NCBI GenBank assembly: GCA_964497255.1
Contig: CAZCCI010000001.1
Span: 69,751-133,750, forward strand
Direction of reading: 5' to 3'
DNA length: 64,000 nucleotides
Origin: an uncultured Staphylococcus sp.
GTDB taxonomy: Bacteria > Bacteroidota > Bacteroidia > Bacteroidales > Muribaculaceae
The notes below the pieces were generated by a model. It was not told where the DNA came from. It worked only from the letters and a program-made list of their open reading frames with translations, and made no database searches. The translations under genes were made by a program, and so were the position numbers. This document shows positions 30,496 to 39,222 of the stretch, piece after piece (the first letter of the stretch is position 1; each line of letters starts with the position of its first letter).

Positions 30496-30650
30496 CCCGG
30501 CATCCGCGTGGCTGACTTTGAGCGAGAGACGGCCTCGGCAATATTCCATGTTGCCCGGCCCGACACTCGCTTTCACAGCGGTAATCCGAAAAATGCCTGT
30601 CGGCCTCGAAGTCAGTACAGGCATAGGTTCCGTTTCCCTCCACTTACGCC
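30496..30650. repeat. Structured repeat family D copy 2
   Basis: agcgag/ctcgct, ggcc/ggcc, ggcaata/tgttgcc stems; shared tail GCATAGGTT.CG.T.C.CTCCACTTA. Confidence 0.6.
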
Positions 30651-30867
30651 CGTACTTCCATATCTTCGTTGACCGGCAATTTCCCTGATGGCTTACCTCT
30701 CATCCACACATGGATGCCTCCCGCCCTTCTTCCCCTTCTATTAACATGCTCCTTTTATATCGCGGATCAACTCCCTGAGCACCTGTTTCAGATATGCCGG
30801 GACATGCCAGTACACTTATATCCATCTCCGGGAACAGTTATATCCTGTACGGCTTTACAGATACCGT

Positions 30868-31035
30868 CCGTGACGGTTGCCGTGATTTTTGAATCGGCGA
30901 AGTTAAGGCCGCTCGTGGATATGCCAAGGCCCGGCGGCAGCGTGACGGGGCTTCGCCCTGTCAGCCTTGTCGTAATCCACCTGTGCAGCGACCTTCCTGA
31001 CTTGCCGAAAAAATCAGTCCGACAACCCTCCCGGA
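30868..31035 (+). promoter_or_regulatory. Long hairpin family A copy 3, candidate ssDNA promoter
   Basis: CGAAGTTA (30898-30905)-N19-CAA; left arm nearly identical to A2. Confidence 0.7.
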
Positions 31036-31096
31036 AGGAACTGATAAAAGTAAGGAAGAAAAAACAATATTTATCAACATCTTAAAAGTCAAGATT

Positions 31097-32794
31097 ATGG
31101 AGACCAAAGCAGTCAGAAAAGAAAACGTATCACTCGCCCTCATTCAGCCGAGCGCATTCAACCCTCGCAAGACCTTTGACGAGGCAGCCCTCAAGGAACT
31201 CTCCGACAGCATCGCCTCGCAGGGTGTCCTTCAGCAAATCGGCCTACGCCCCATTGCGGACACCGACCGCTACGAGATTATCTTCGGGGAGCGAAGATAC
31301 CGTGCGTCCGTCATGGCAGGGCTTGAGACTATCCCTGCCGACATATACGATGTTACCGATGATGAAGCGGTTGAAATCGCCGTCACCGAGAACCTTCAAC
31401 GTGAGGATGTCTCACCGATTGAGGAAGCAAACGCATACCAGAGCCTCATGGACAGCGGAAGATACGATGTGCAGTCATTGGCTGTGCAGTTCGGCAAGTC
31501 CGAGGCATACATACGCACACGACTGAAATTCACATCACTTATCCCCGAAATAGCGCAACTGCTGGAGGCTGACACTATCACAATGAGCGTGGCTTCCGAG
31601 ATATGCAGATACGGAACTGACATACAGAAAGAGGTTTACGAAAAACACCTCTGCGAAAATTCTTATGGCTACGGCTCATGGCGTGGGCTGAAAGCCTCCG
31701 AGGTCGCAAGGCGCATAGAGCAGAATTTCACAACCGACCTTGAGCGTTACTCATTTGACAAGGGAATGTGTGCCTCATGCCCCCATAACACCAAGAACCT
31801 ACTGCTTTTCTGCGAGGGAACTTGTGGAAAATGCACCAACCGCAAATGCCTTGAGGATATGAACACATCGTATCTCGTTGACAAGGCGGTGGATATGATA
31901 GCCCTATATCCTGCCTACCCTTTGCGACAAGGGCGATTTGGCACAAACGAGGCGGCGGTTGAGCGTCTTTCGGCTATGGGACATGAGATTGAAACTCCGA
32001 ACACATACATTCAGCCGTACCCTGCAATGCCGCAGGAACCGACTGCGGAGGAATACGAAACTGCCGAAGACTTCGCCGAGGCTCATTCGGAGTATGAACA
32101 AGACCTTTCCGAGTATAACGATGCCGTGGAGGATGTCAATGCCAGGGCAGAGAACGGAGAAATCATTGTCTATATTGTCATTGAAAAAAATGACATAAGC
32201 ATAGGATATGCGATGAAGCCGTCCGAGGCTTCCATGGACGGCACTGCTGACAACAAGGCGGACGACCCCATAGTGAAACTCGAGAAACAGGACATGCGCA
32301 ACAAGGAAATCGCCGTGGAGAAAACCGTGGCAGACACCAAGAAGCAAATCCTTGAGGCCGACATGACCGAGACCAAGTTCGGGCAGGACGAGGAAAGAAT
32401 GGTGTATTATTTCATGCTTTCATCGCTCCGAAAGGAACATTTCTCGGCTGTGGGGCTTACCGAGAAGCAGGCAGGCTGTCTTTCCGATGATGAAAAAATG
32501 GAGATAGTCAGCAATCTCAACGCCAGGACAAAGGCTGTAATCCGCAGGGATTATCTTATAGCCAATTTCAAGGAGGCATTCGGGAACAACACAGTTGCAA
32601 AACTGCTGCTCGGCTTCGCAAAGAAACACATGCCCGAACAGCTTGCCGAGATTGAGAAAGGCTATAACGAGGTCTATGAGAAACGGCATCAGCGCATAGA
32701 GGAAAGAAAAGCGGCTCTCATGCCGAAAAACGAAGAGCCGACTACGGAGGCAAACGAAACCTCCGAAGATGAAGCCAACGAGGAAGCGGCTTAA
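31097..32794 (+). CDS. parB: ParB/RepB/Spo0J family protein
   Basis: FNPRKTFDE, GVLQQIGLR, IIFGERRYRAS, ENLQREDVSPIEEA, HTH. Confidence 0.88.
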   Translation: METKAVRKENVSLALIQPSAFNPRKTFDEAALKELSDSIASQGVLQQIGLRPIADTDRYEIIFGERRYRASVMAGLETIPADIYDVTDDEAVEIAVTENLQREDVSPIEEANAYQSLMDSGRYDVQSLAVQFGKSEAYIRTRLKFTSLIPEIAQLLEADTITMSVASEICRYGTDIQKEVYEKHLCENSYGYGSWRGLKASEVARRIEQNFTTDLERYSFDKGMCASCPHNTKNLLLFCEGTCGKCTNRKCLEDMNTSYLVDKAVDMIALYPAYPLRQGRFGTNEAAVERLSAMGHEIETPNTYIQPYPAMPQEPTAEEYETAEDFAEAHSEYEQDLSEYNDAVEDVNARAENGEIIVYIVIEKNDISIGYAMKPSEASMDGTADNKADDPIVKLEKQDMRNKEIAVEKTVADTKKQILEADMTETKFGQDEERMVYYFMLSSLRKEHFSAVGLTEKQAGCLSDDEKMEIVSNLNARTKAVIRRDYLIANFKEAFGNNTVAKLLLGFAKKHMPEQLAEIEKGYNEVYEKRHQRIEERKAALMPKNEEPTTEANETSEDEANEEAA

Positions 32795-33034
32795 TATCCA
32801 TAATCATAAGACGATTGCAGGGGCTGTCATACGGCCTCTGCTTTCTTTATTCTGACTACACCGGTATATCCATTTATGACGGTGCCTCCATTCCGGGCCG
32901 CTCAAGCCTCTTATACTGTTTATGCCATTTCAATTACTCTTTTAATCAACGGGGGCACTGTTGATGAATCTGATTTAACGTCTGTCAGCCTTTTATAAAT
33001 TGCGGTTATTCCACTTTTAATCCTGCGCCTGTGA

Positions 33035-33190
33035 TCCGGGAGATGCCGTCCGTCGATTGTCACGGCAAAGTTGGAGGCCGGGCCAAATGTCAAATCATAG
33101 TCGGAGATCACGGCTGTCACCGTGAATTTGCCTTATTGACCCTTTTCGCCTCCCCTGAAAATGCCTGAAATCGGTCAGACAGCCCTCCGA
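33035..33190 (+). promoter_or_regulatory. Long hairpin family B copy 2, candidate ssDNA promoter
   Basis: CAAAGTTG (33066-33073)-N17-CAAA; homologous to B1. Confidence 0.7.
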
Positions 33191-33232
33191 CAGACCAAAA
33201 GGTCTGAAAAAGAGGGATAAAAATGTAAATTT

Positions 33233-33799
33233 ATGGCGAAAACGATAGACATTGAGCTTCAAAAGCAGTTGGATAAACCGCAGACATGGTTCTGCAAATA
33301 TTTTCCTGCACGCATACGCAACGTAGGAGAACGGGAGATAGCCGACCGTCAGTTGGTTTTTGATTTCAAGGACGGACGGGCATACGAGGAAGTCGCACGG
33401 CGCACGGCGACCGCCATGACTGAGCGTTACGGAGCAACGTGCGCCGACATTGTGTTTTCTCCCGTTCCGGCATCTACAAGAGAGAAGAACGAGATACGCT
33501 ACAAGGCTTTCAGCCAAATGGTGTGTGAACTCACCGGTGCAATAAACGGTTACGACCATGTATCGGTTTGTGGCGATAGAATGACCGTTCACGAGAACCG
33601 CAAGGCAGAGAGGGATGTCCGCAATGCTGTTGTCATTGAGTTTGACCCGACTTTTTTCAGCGGTAAAATGGTTGTGGTATTTGATGATGTGATAACGAAA
33701 GGTTTGAGTTATGCCATATATGCCAACCGCCTTGAAAGCCTCGGAGCCAATGTGCTCGGAGGTGTTTTCCTCGCAAGAACCCATTACAAAGTGAGATAA
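33233..33799 (+). CDS. Phosphoribosyltransferase-fold (ComF-like) protein
   Basis: FSPVPAS, PRPP loop VVVFDDVITKG. Confidence 0.8.
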   Translation: MAKTIDIELQKQLDKPQTWFCKYFPARIRNVGEREIADRQLVFDFKDGRAYEEVARRTATAMTERYGATCADIVFSPVPASTREKNEIRYKAFSQMVCELTGAINGYDHVSVCGDRMTVHENRKAERDVRNAVVIEFDPTFFSGKMVVVFDDVITKGLSYAIYANRLESLGANVLGGVFLARTHYKVR

Positions 33800-33800
33800 T

Positions 33801-34301
33801 ATGGTTCAATCAAAATATGATAAGTCTGTATCCGCTTGCTTCAGCGGACACCGCATCGTCCCATACTTTCATTTGAGACGACTTGAACGGCAATTAAGGA
33901 CAACGATAATCTCGGCATACGCTGACGGCTGTCGAAATTTCTTCTGCGGCATGGCTATGGGCTATGATTTGCTGGCAGCGGAAGCCGTCCTTTCTCTACA
34001 GTCTGAATTGCCGGATTTACGGCTCATTGCCGTTATTCCGTATCGTGGACAGACCGAGAGGTGGAGAGATGCCATGAAATCCCGGCATAATGACATTCTG
34101 CGTAATGCAAATGATACTGTGATTCTGAGCGAACACTACTATCAAGGCTGTCTGCTACGGCGCAATGACTATATGGTAGTCCGCAGCTCACGACTTATTG
34201 CATGGTATAACGGAAATCCTAAAGGAGGTACGTTTTACACCTGCCGTATAGCTAAGGCTAATGGATTAACGGTTATAAACCTGTATGACAGCCGTAATTA
34301 A
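33801..34301 (+). CDS. SLOG family (YspA/DUF1273-like) protein
   Basis: CFSGHR, GMAMGYDLLAAE, LRRNDYMV, GGTFYT. Confidence 0.85.
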   Translation: MVQSKYDKSVSACFSGHRIVPYFHLRRLERQLRTTIISAYADGCRNFFCGMAMGYDLLAAEAVLSLQSELPDLRLIAVIPYRGQTERWRDAMKSRHNDILRNANDTVILSEHYYQGCLLRRNDYMVVRSSRLIAWYNGNPKGGTFYTCRIAKANGLTVINLYDSRN

Positions 34302-34381
34302 TCGGCTGTTGTAATTTGCATCAATATCTCATATTTACTTTGATTAGGTAAAGATGCAATTTTGTGGCAAAATGGTGTCTT

Positions 34382-34996
34382 TTATAATTCGTTATAAATC
34401 CTGTCGAAAATCCGGCGCAGCCGGGGTTCGTCCTTTATAATCTCACGGAGTGAATTGAGCCTTTCTACGTTGGGCGACTCAGGGAACCAAAGTTTCAGAT
34501 AGCCTCCCTCGGCATATTTCTCATGCAGATGGCCAAGCGTGCGCTGCCAGTGGCCCTCTTTGTCAAGTTCGGGATAATGGTCGAGTCCGTATTGTACCGT
34601 CCTTTCGATTATCTTCTCCGGTTCGATGTAGCGATCTCCTTCTGCGACAATCTTGCCGTATATGCTTCGAGGTTCATGGTCGGACGATGCCCGGTGGTCT
34701 TCTACCGCCTGTGCCATTGTCTCTATTTCCTCTTGTGTGAACCACTCATGCAATCGTGGATCTTCCCGTACTATCCGCCCAGATTCAAGATGATGTGTCT
34801 TCCTGTCGATGGCAAGCCCTAAATCATGGAACGCTGCTATGGTATATACCATTTCCATGTTGAGGGCGTAATGCCGTGCAATGTCAAGGCTCTGCGCTAT
34901 GACCGTGCGGGCATGATCCTCCCGATGGGCCTTGTCGAATCCGTTGTACCTGGGCAGTATCTCCCTTTCTATATATAATGTCAGCCCTGTATTCAT
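34382..34996 (-). CDS. HD-domain phosphohydrolase
   Basis: HREDH, AFHDLG, EDHRAS, AEGDR. Confidence 0.85.
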   Translation of the reverse strand: MNTGLTLYIEREILPRYNGFDKAHREDHARTVIAQSLDIARHYALNMEMVYTIAAFHDLGLAIDRKTHHLESGRIVREDPRLHEWFTQEEIETMAQAVEDHRASSDHEPRSIYGKIVAEGDRYIEPEKIIERTVQYGLDHYPELDKEGHWQRTLGHLHEKYAEGGYLKLWFPESPNVERLNSLREIIKDEPRLRRIFDRIYNEL

Positions 34997-35048
34997 TGAA
35001 ATTATACGTTTCTATTCCAATCCTCTTATTAATGGATTTTGATTTTGT

Positions 35049-35081
35049 AATATCGGTAATTCTTGCAAAATTACCGATATT
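35049..35081 (-). promoter_or_regulatory. Palindrome overlapping a -7 element for the HD gene
   Basis: aatatcggtaat...attaccgatatt; CAAAATTA at 35066-35073 = TAATTTTG on - strand. Confidence 0.5.
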
Positions 35082-35194
35082 TTCTCTATTCATTCATTTG
35101 TTAGGTATAATTATTTAAAGTGAGAAAAACTGCTTAGACGGCAACTATAAAACAACCCCTAATAATGGAATTTGTGATGCTTTTGCACATATTA

Positions 35195-35413
35195 TTCTTT
35201 CTCCGGAACCTGTCCGGTCGGGTTTATAGGCGCGAAGTTTGGCATTGGGGAGCATAGCCAAGGTCGTGCCGAAGTTTCCGCGCCATTTTGCCGGTATCCG
35301 GAAAAATCGTCTTGAAAACCTTGTCACTTGCTCCTTTGAAAGATGCCCTTGTGATGCGCAGATAAACCCCTCGCGGACGGCTCCGAAAGGAGCAATAAAC
35401 GGGAGGGGAAGAA
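35195..35413 (+). promoter_or_regulatory. Long hairpin family C copy 2, candidate ssDNA promoter
   Basis: CGAAGTTT (35233-35240)-N18-CAA; gggtttat/ataaaccc, ggcat/atgcc, caaggt/accttg. Confidence 0.7.
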
Positions 35414-35435
35414 TAAACATTCAAACAATACAGAT

Positions 35436-35630
35436 ATGCAGACAAAAAAAATGACAGTCGAACAAGGAAAGCGTTGCAACATAAGCCGTTTTCCGAACTT
35501 TCACCGTTCCGGCTCTATCAAGGGTATGAAAAAATTGTACTACGGCAAAGATGCTTTGCTTGTACGTTGCGGACAATACATCTACAACGTGACTTCAGAA
35601 CCAAGCATATATAATCAGGCAACAATCTAA
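35436..35630 (+). CDS. Small basic hypothetical protein
   Basis: FPNFHRSGSIKGMKKLYYG..LVRCGQYIYNV; first ORF after hairpin C2. Confidence 0.7.
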   Translation: MQTKKMTVEQGKRCNISRFPNFHRSGSIKGMKKLYYGKDALLVRCGQYIYNVTSEPSIYNQATI

Positions 35631-35642
35631 TACGATACGGCT

Positions 35643-36176
35643 ATGAAGAAACTGATAATCTGGACAAGCGATACCTATCTTGACGATGACGCAAGAGAGG
35701 AATATCAGCAATGTAAACGAGAAGCCATTGATGATGATGACTACTGCGTTACTGACCGTGAGTGGGCAGAAGTGGTAAACGACTATCTCAATGACGAGCG
35801 CGGAAACCTTAACAAAGATGTTGAAGGCGTGATAATTGCTTTTGCTGATGTCGGCAGGTGGGACGGCAGACGGCAGGGCTACAAGATACTTGGTAGCACC
35901 ATAAATGATATTTTCAATATCTCGGAAGATAACAACGAATGGTACTCTGACGGCAACAACATCCGTGCTATACTGTCCCACCATGACGCATCGCACTATG
36001 TGCTCTACCGGGTGGCGAAAGACCGTGAGACAGCGGAGCGTATCGCCAAGCAAATATACAACCGCGAGATAGACGAGGCAGGCTTCCGCAAGCGCACTCG
36101 CTCCCTGCACCCCTATGTCGCAGAGATTTACGGCTGGAAAGCCGGTCGTTTCAATAAAGCCCGGAAAGCGGTATGA
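35643..36176 (+). CDS. Hypothetical protein
   Basis: Coupled ORF; ADVGRWDGRRQGYK, HHDASH. Confidence 0.75.
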   Translation: MKKLIIWTSDTYLDDDAREEYQQCKREAIDDDDYCVTDREWAEVVNDYLNDERGNLNKDVEGVIIAFADVGRWDGRRQGYKILGSTINDIFNISEDNNEWYSDGNNIRAILSHHDASHYVLYRVAKDRETAERIAKQIYNREIDEAGFRKRTRSLHPYVAEIYGWKAGRFNKARKAV

Positions 36177-36490
36177 AAAGATATAAATACATCAAACATA
36201 TTGTTGACAGGCTGACCAGTTCGGACAGCAACAATGAGGAATTTACTCTCTACAACCATCTTGTAGGAAAACAAAGCGGCATGGGAGGTTTCTTCGCCGC
36301 CACCATATATTCAGGCACTGACCGATATTCGGGAGAGGTCGCCGACTTCAGTTATGACTATTGGACACACAGTCTTTATATCGAGGATGCTGAAAGCAGA
36401 CATGCGGCCGATGCCATAATCAGTGCTTTCAAATCAATCTATCCATGCTGTCTGAAAATCATAGATGACACACAAAAAGAAGATATATGA
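36173..36490 (+). CDS. Hypothetical protein
   Basis: ATGA overlap with both neighbours. Confidence 0.7.
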   Translation: MKRYKYIKHIVDRLTSSDSNNEEFTLYNHLVGKQSGMGGFFAATIYSGTDRYSGEVADFSYDYWTHSLYIEDAESRHAADAIISAFKSIYPCCLKIIDDTQKEDI

Positions 36491-36699
36491 TGATGTTTCC
36501 CGATTTCAATGACCCTGCCTGTTCGGAGCAGGGTCATTGCACCGACTTTCCCGAATATGGAAAGCAGTGCGACCTTATTGAGCCGTGGCGCGGTTATCGC
36601 CGTGGTACCATTGTGGCACAGACTCCGAAAGGCTTTGTCATACAGTTAAGTTCCGGAGCCGAGATAGATGTCTATCCCGATGAAATAGAGATTGACTGA
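36487..36699 (+). CDS. Small acidic protein, paralogue of 23334 ORF
   Basis: C.L...WR....G.IV.......V..L.SG..I....D pattern shared. Confidence 0.7.
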   Translation: MMMFPDFNDPACSEQGHCTDFPEYGKQCDLIEPWRGYRRGTIVAQTPKGFVIQLSSGAEIDVYPDEIEID

Positions 36700-36800
36700 T
36701 GCAACAGACCGCTGACTATATAGGCACGGTTTTGCCGTCCCTATGCGCGGCGGCTGCGCCCATAACCTCTTATATAAACCAATGGATTTCTTCGATATTT

Positions 36801-36852
36801 AACTATATAACGGCAAAATATTTGGATTTTTGCCGTTGTATAGTTAACTTTG
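36801..36852 (+). promoter_or_regulatory. Operator-like inverted repeat and -7 element of AbiE operon
   Basis: aactatataacggcaaaa-N9-ttttgccgttgtatagtt abutting TAACTTTG (36845-36852). Confidence 0.75.
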
Positions 36853-36873
36853 CAGCTGCAAAAATGAACTCTC

Positions 36874-37605
36874 ATGATTGAGACAAGAGCCGCGATATTA
36901 ACTTACGCAAAAAGCCGGGAATCATTCCGGTTCACTGAGTTATTGTCATATTTGAACAGTTTGTTCGAGATCTCCAAAGTGACGCTGTCATGGCATCTGA
37001 GAGAACTGGTTAAGGATAACAGCTTATTCAAACTTGGAAGAGGAATATACACTTTGCAAAATGTTCAGACACGCAAATATGTCCCGCAGCTTGGGGACAA
37101 AATAATAAAAGTCGGGAAGGAATTATCCGCCTCATTCCCCTTTATAACGATAAGTGTTTTTGACGGAAATGTTCTTGAAGGTTTTCAGCATCATTTGTCA
37201 TTGAACAACCTACATTACATAGAAGTTGAACGGGATGCGATGGAACCGGTTTTTCATTTTCTCCAGAAACAGGGATATGTAGCATATCTTAATCCAAATA
37301 AAGATTTTGTATATAACTATATTTCTATGTCGGATGAAGCATTTATTGTTAAGCCTCTTATCTCAGAGTCTCCGTTGATAGATTTCCGAGGCGTAAAGAC
37401 CCCCAGCTTAGAAAAAATACTTGTAGATGTCATTTGTGACAGTGATATGGATTATCTTCATGGGAGCGAGTGGTATAGGATGGTTGATAATGCACATTCC
37501 ATGTATGCCATAAACCGAACCTCGATGCTTCGTTATGCCTCTCGTCGCAATGCAAAACAAACTATTGAAAAGGCTATTGAAAATTTAGGAACGAATTATG
37601 ATTAA
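36874..37605 (+). CDS. AbiEi-like antitoxin (wHTH, DUF6577-like)
   Basis: N-terminal wHTH LVKDNSLFKLGRGIY; TPSLEKILVD; upstream of AbiEii-like gene. Confidence 0.75.
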   Translation: MIETRAAILTYAKSRESFRFTELLSYLNSLFEISKVTLSWHLRELVKDNSLFKLGRGIYTLQNVQTRKYVPQLGDKIIKVGKELSASFPFITISVFDGNVLEGFQHHLSLNNLHYIEVERDAMEPVFHFLQKQGYVAYLNPNKDFVYNYISMSDEAFIVKPLISESPLIDFRGVKTPSLEKILVDVICDSDMDYLHGSEWYRMVDNAHSMYAINRTSMLRYASRRNAKQTIEKAIENLGTNYD

Positions 37606-38659
37606 GGAACATTGTTTCGGCAAAGACTGGTTCCAGGCCATGTCGAAGAAATACAAATATAATGACCTTGGAATTATTGAGAAAGTAATCAGGGCATACG
37701 CATTGTTGGACTTGCTGGCTCGTTCCGGATGTCCGTATATTTTTAAGGGAGGCACATGTACGGGTCTCATCCTCGGAGACAGAACCAGACGGCTCTCAAT
37801 AGACATTGACATAATCTGTCCGCCAGGAACCAATATCGAGGAATATCTCGGCAAAATCAAGGAGTTCGGGTTTACCCGAACAGAATTGATTGAACGACGG
37901 CAGGCAGGTAAAGATATTCCTAAAAGCCACTCCAAGTTCTTTTATCAAATAGCCTATACCGACAGAGCAAATCAGGAGTCATATATTCTTCTTGATGTTC
38001 TATACGAGGATACTCATTATTATAAGGTTAACCAGACAGAGGTTATCAACCAGTTCATAGAACTTGACTCAGAACCTTCTATTGTCAAGGTACCTTCAAT
38101 AGGAGACATTCTTGGAGACAAACTGACAGCTTTTGCTCCGAATACTACCGGTATCCCTTACTATAAAAACGGGAACTCGCGCTCCACCGAGATTATGAAA
38201 CAGGTATATGACATAGGCAGGTTGTTTGATGCAGTCAAAGATCTTAAAATAACGACATACTCGTTTAAGCGAATTGCGCAAGTTGAGCTTGGATATCGAA
38301 ATCTGGGCTCAGATTTAACATTAATATTCGAAGATATTCGCCTGACGGCTATGCTGCTTGCCACAAGAGGTCTCGAGGGTGAAGGTGATTTTCCCTTGTT
38401 GCAGGACGGCATCAAACGTCTCAGCTCATTCATATATGAGAACAAATATTTTATCGAGGATGCTATTGTCGATTCTACAAAGGCGGCATATGCTTCGACC
38501 TGTATTGAGAAAGGAGTCACCGGCATTCGCAAGTTTTCGCCTTCAGACCTAACTGCAGACATGACTATTTCAAAGGCACTCCCGGGTAGGCTCAACAAAC
38601 TAAAAAAGTCAAACGCAGAAGCATTCTACTATTGGTATCTTATAGACAATATGTTGTAG
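37598..38659 (+). CDS. AbiEii-like nucleotidyltransferase toxin
   Basis: IFKGGTC, RRLSIDIDI, ILGDKLTAF, KQVYDI. Confidence 0.88.
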   Translation: MIKEHCFGKDWFQAMSKKYKYNDLGIIEKVIRAYALLDLLARSGCPYIFKGGTCTGLILGDRTRRLSIDIDIICPPGTNIEEYLGKIKEFGFTRTELIERRQAGKDIPKSHSKFFYQIAYTDRANQESYILLDVLYEDTHYYKVNQTEVINQFIELDSEPSIVKVPSIGDILGDKLTAFAPNTTGIPYYKNGNSRSTEIMKQVYDIGRLFDAVKDLKITTYSFKRIAQVELGYRNLGSDLTLIFEDIRLTAMLLATRGLEGEGDFPLLQDGIKRLSSFIYENKYFIEDAIVDSTKAAYASTCIEKGVTGIRKFSPSDLTADMTISKALPGRLNKLKKSNAEAFYYWYLIDNML

Positions 38660-38676
38660 TCTATATTAGACTGATT

Positions 38677-38719
38677 ACTATACAGCGGCAAAATTGAATA
38701 TAATTTGCCGTTATATAGT
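38677..38719. repeat. Second copy of the AbiE palindrome, downstream of toxin
   Basis: actatacagcggcaaa-N11-tttgccgttatatagt. Confidence 0.75.
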
Positions 38720-38982
38720 GCGAGAATAATTGTTTTAGAATCAACGCTCAATATATCGTTCATGCAGTTGACTGAAACGACAACATAGACCAATAATCCA
38801 CATGTGATAGGGTTAATACTTTGCCGTCTGAATTGCACATCAGGCGGCTTTTCCCATATTATAATCTCACTTTCAATCACCTTTGTAAATTGGGGGACAA
38901 GTACCATTCTTTTGCCTTCCATTACAAGTTTGGCATAGTGAATGGAATTTTATACACTGGTTGCCTCTTATATGATTGCAGT

Positions 38983-39194
38983 TTCTATTCTCCCCGGGAG
39001 CAGTCTCAGTGGTTTATGGCGCAAAGTTCGGCATCCGGGAGCGACGGCCAAGGTCAGGCGTTGTTTCGGCGAGATTTTGCAGTTACCTAAAAAATCATCT
39101 TGAAAACCTTGTCTTTCGCCCCTTGTCGATGCCCCTGTGATGCGCAAATAAACCCCTCACGACAGCTCCATCGGAGCAAGAATGAGAGGGAGAA
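38983..39194 (+). promoter_or_regulatory. Long hairpin family C copy 3, candidate ssDNA promoter
   Basis: CAAAGTTC (39022-39029)-N19-CAA; ggtttat/ataaacc, gcgca/tgcgc, ggcatc/gatgcc, caaggt/accttg, gatttt/aaaatc. Confidence 0.72.
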
Positions 39195-39222
39195 AAAACA
39201 TTCACTCCAAATATCGTAACAG

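Noticed and set aside
22608-31085. ORFs 20097-20357, 22608-22799 and 30669-31085 as a paralogous protein family (SAKLRPLVDMPRPGG)
   Set aside because: The shared peptide is simply the translation of the family A DNA repeat; the same applies to ORFs crossing families B and C.
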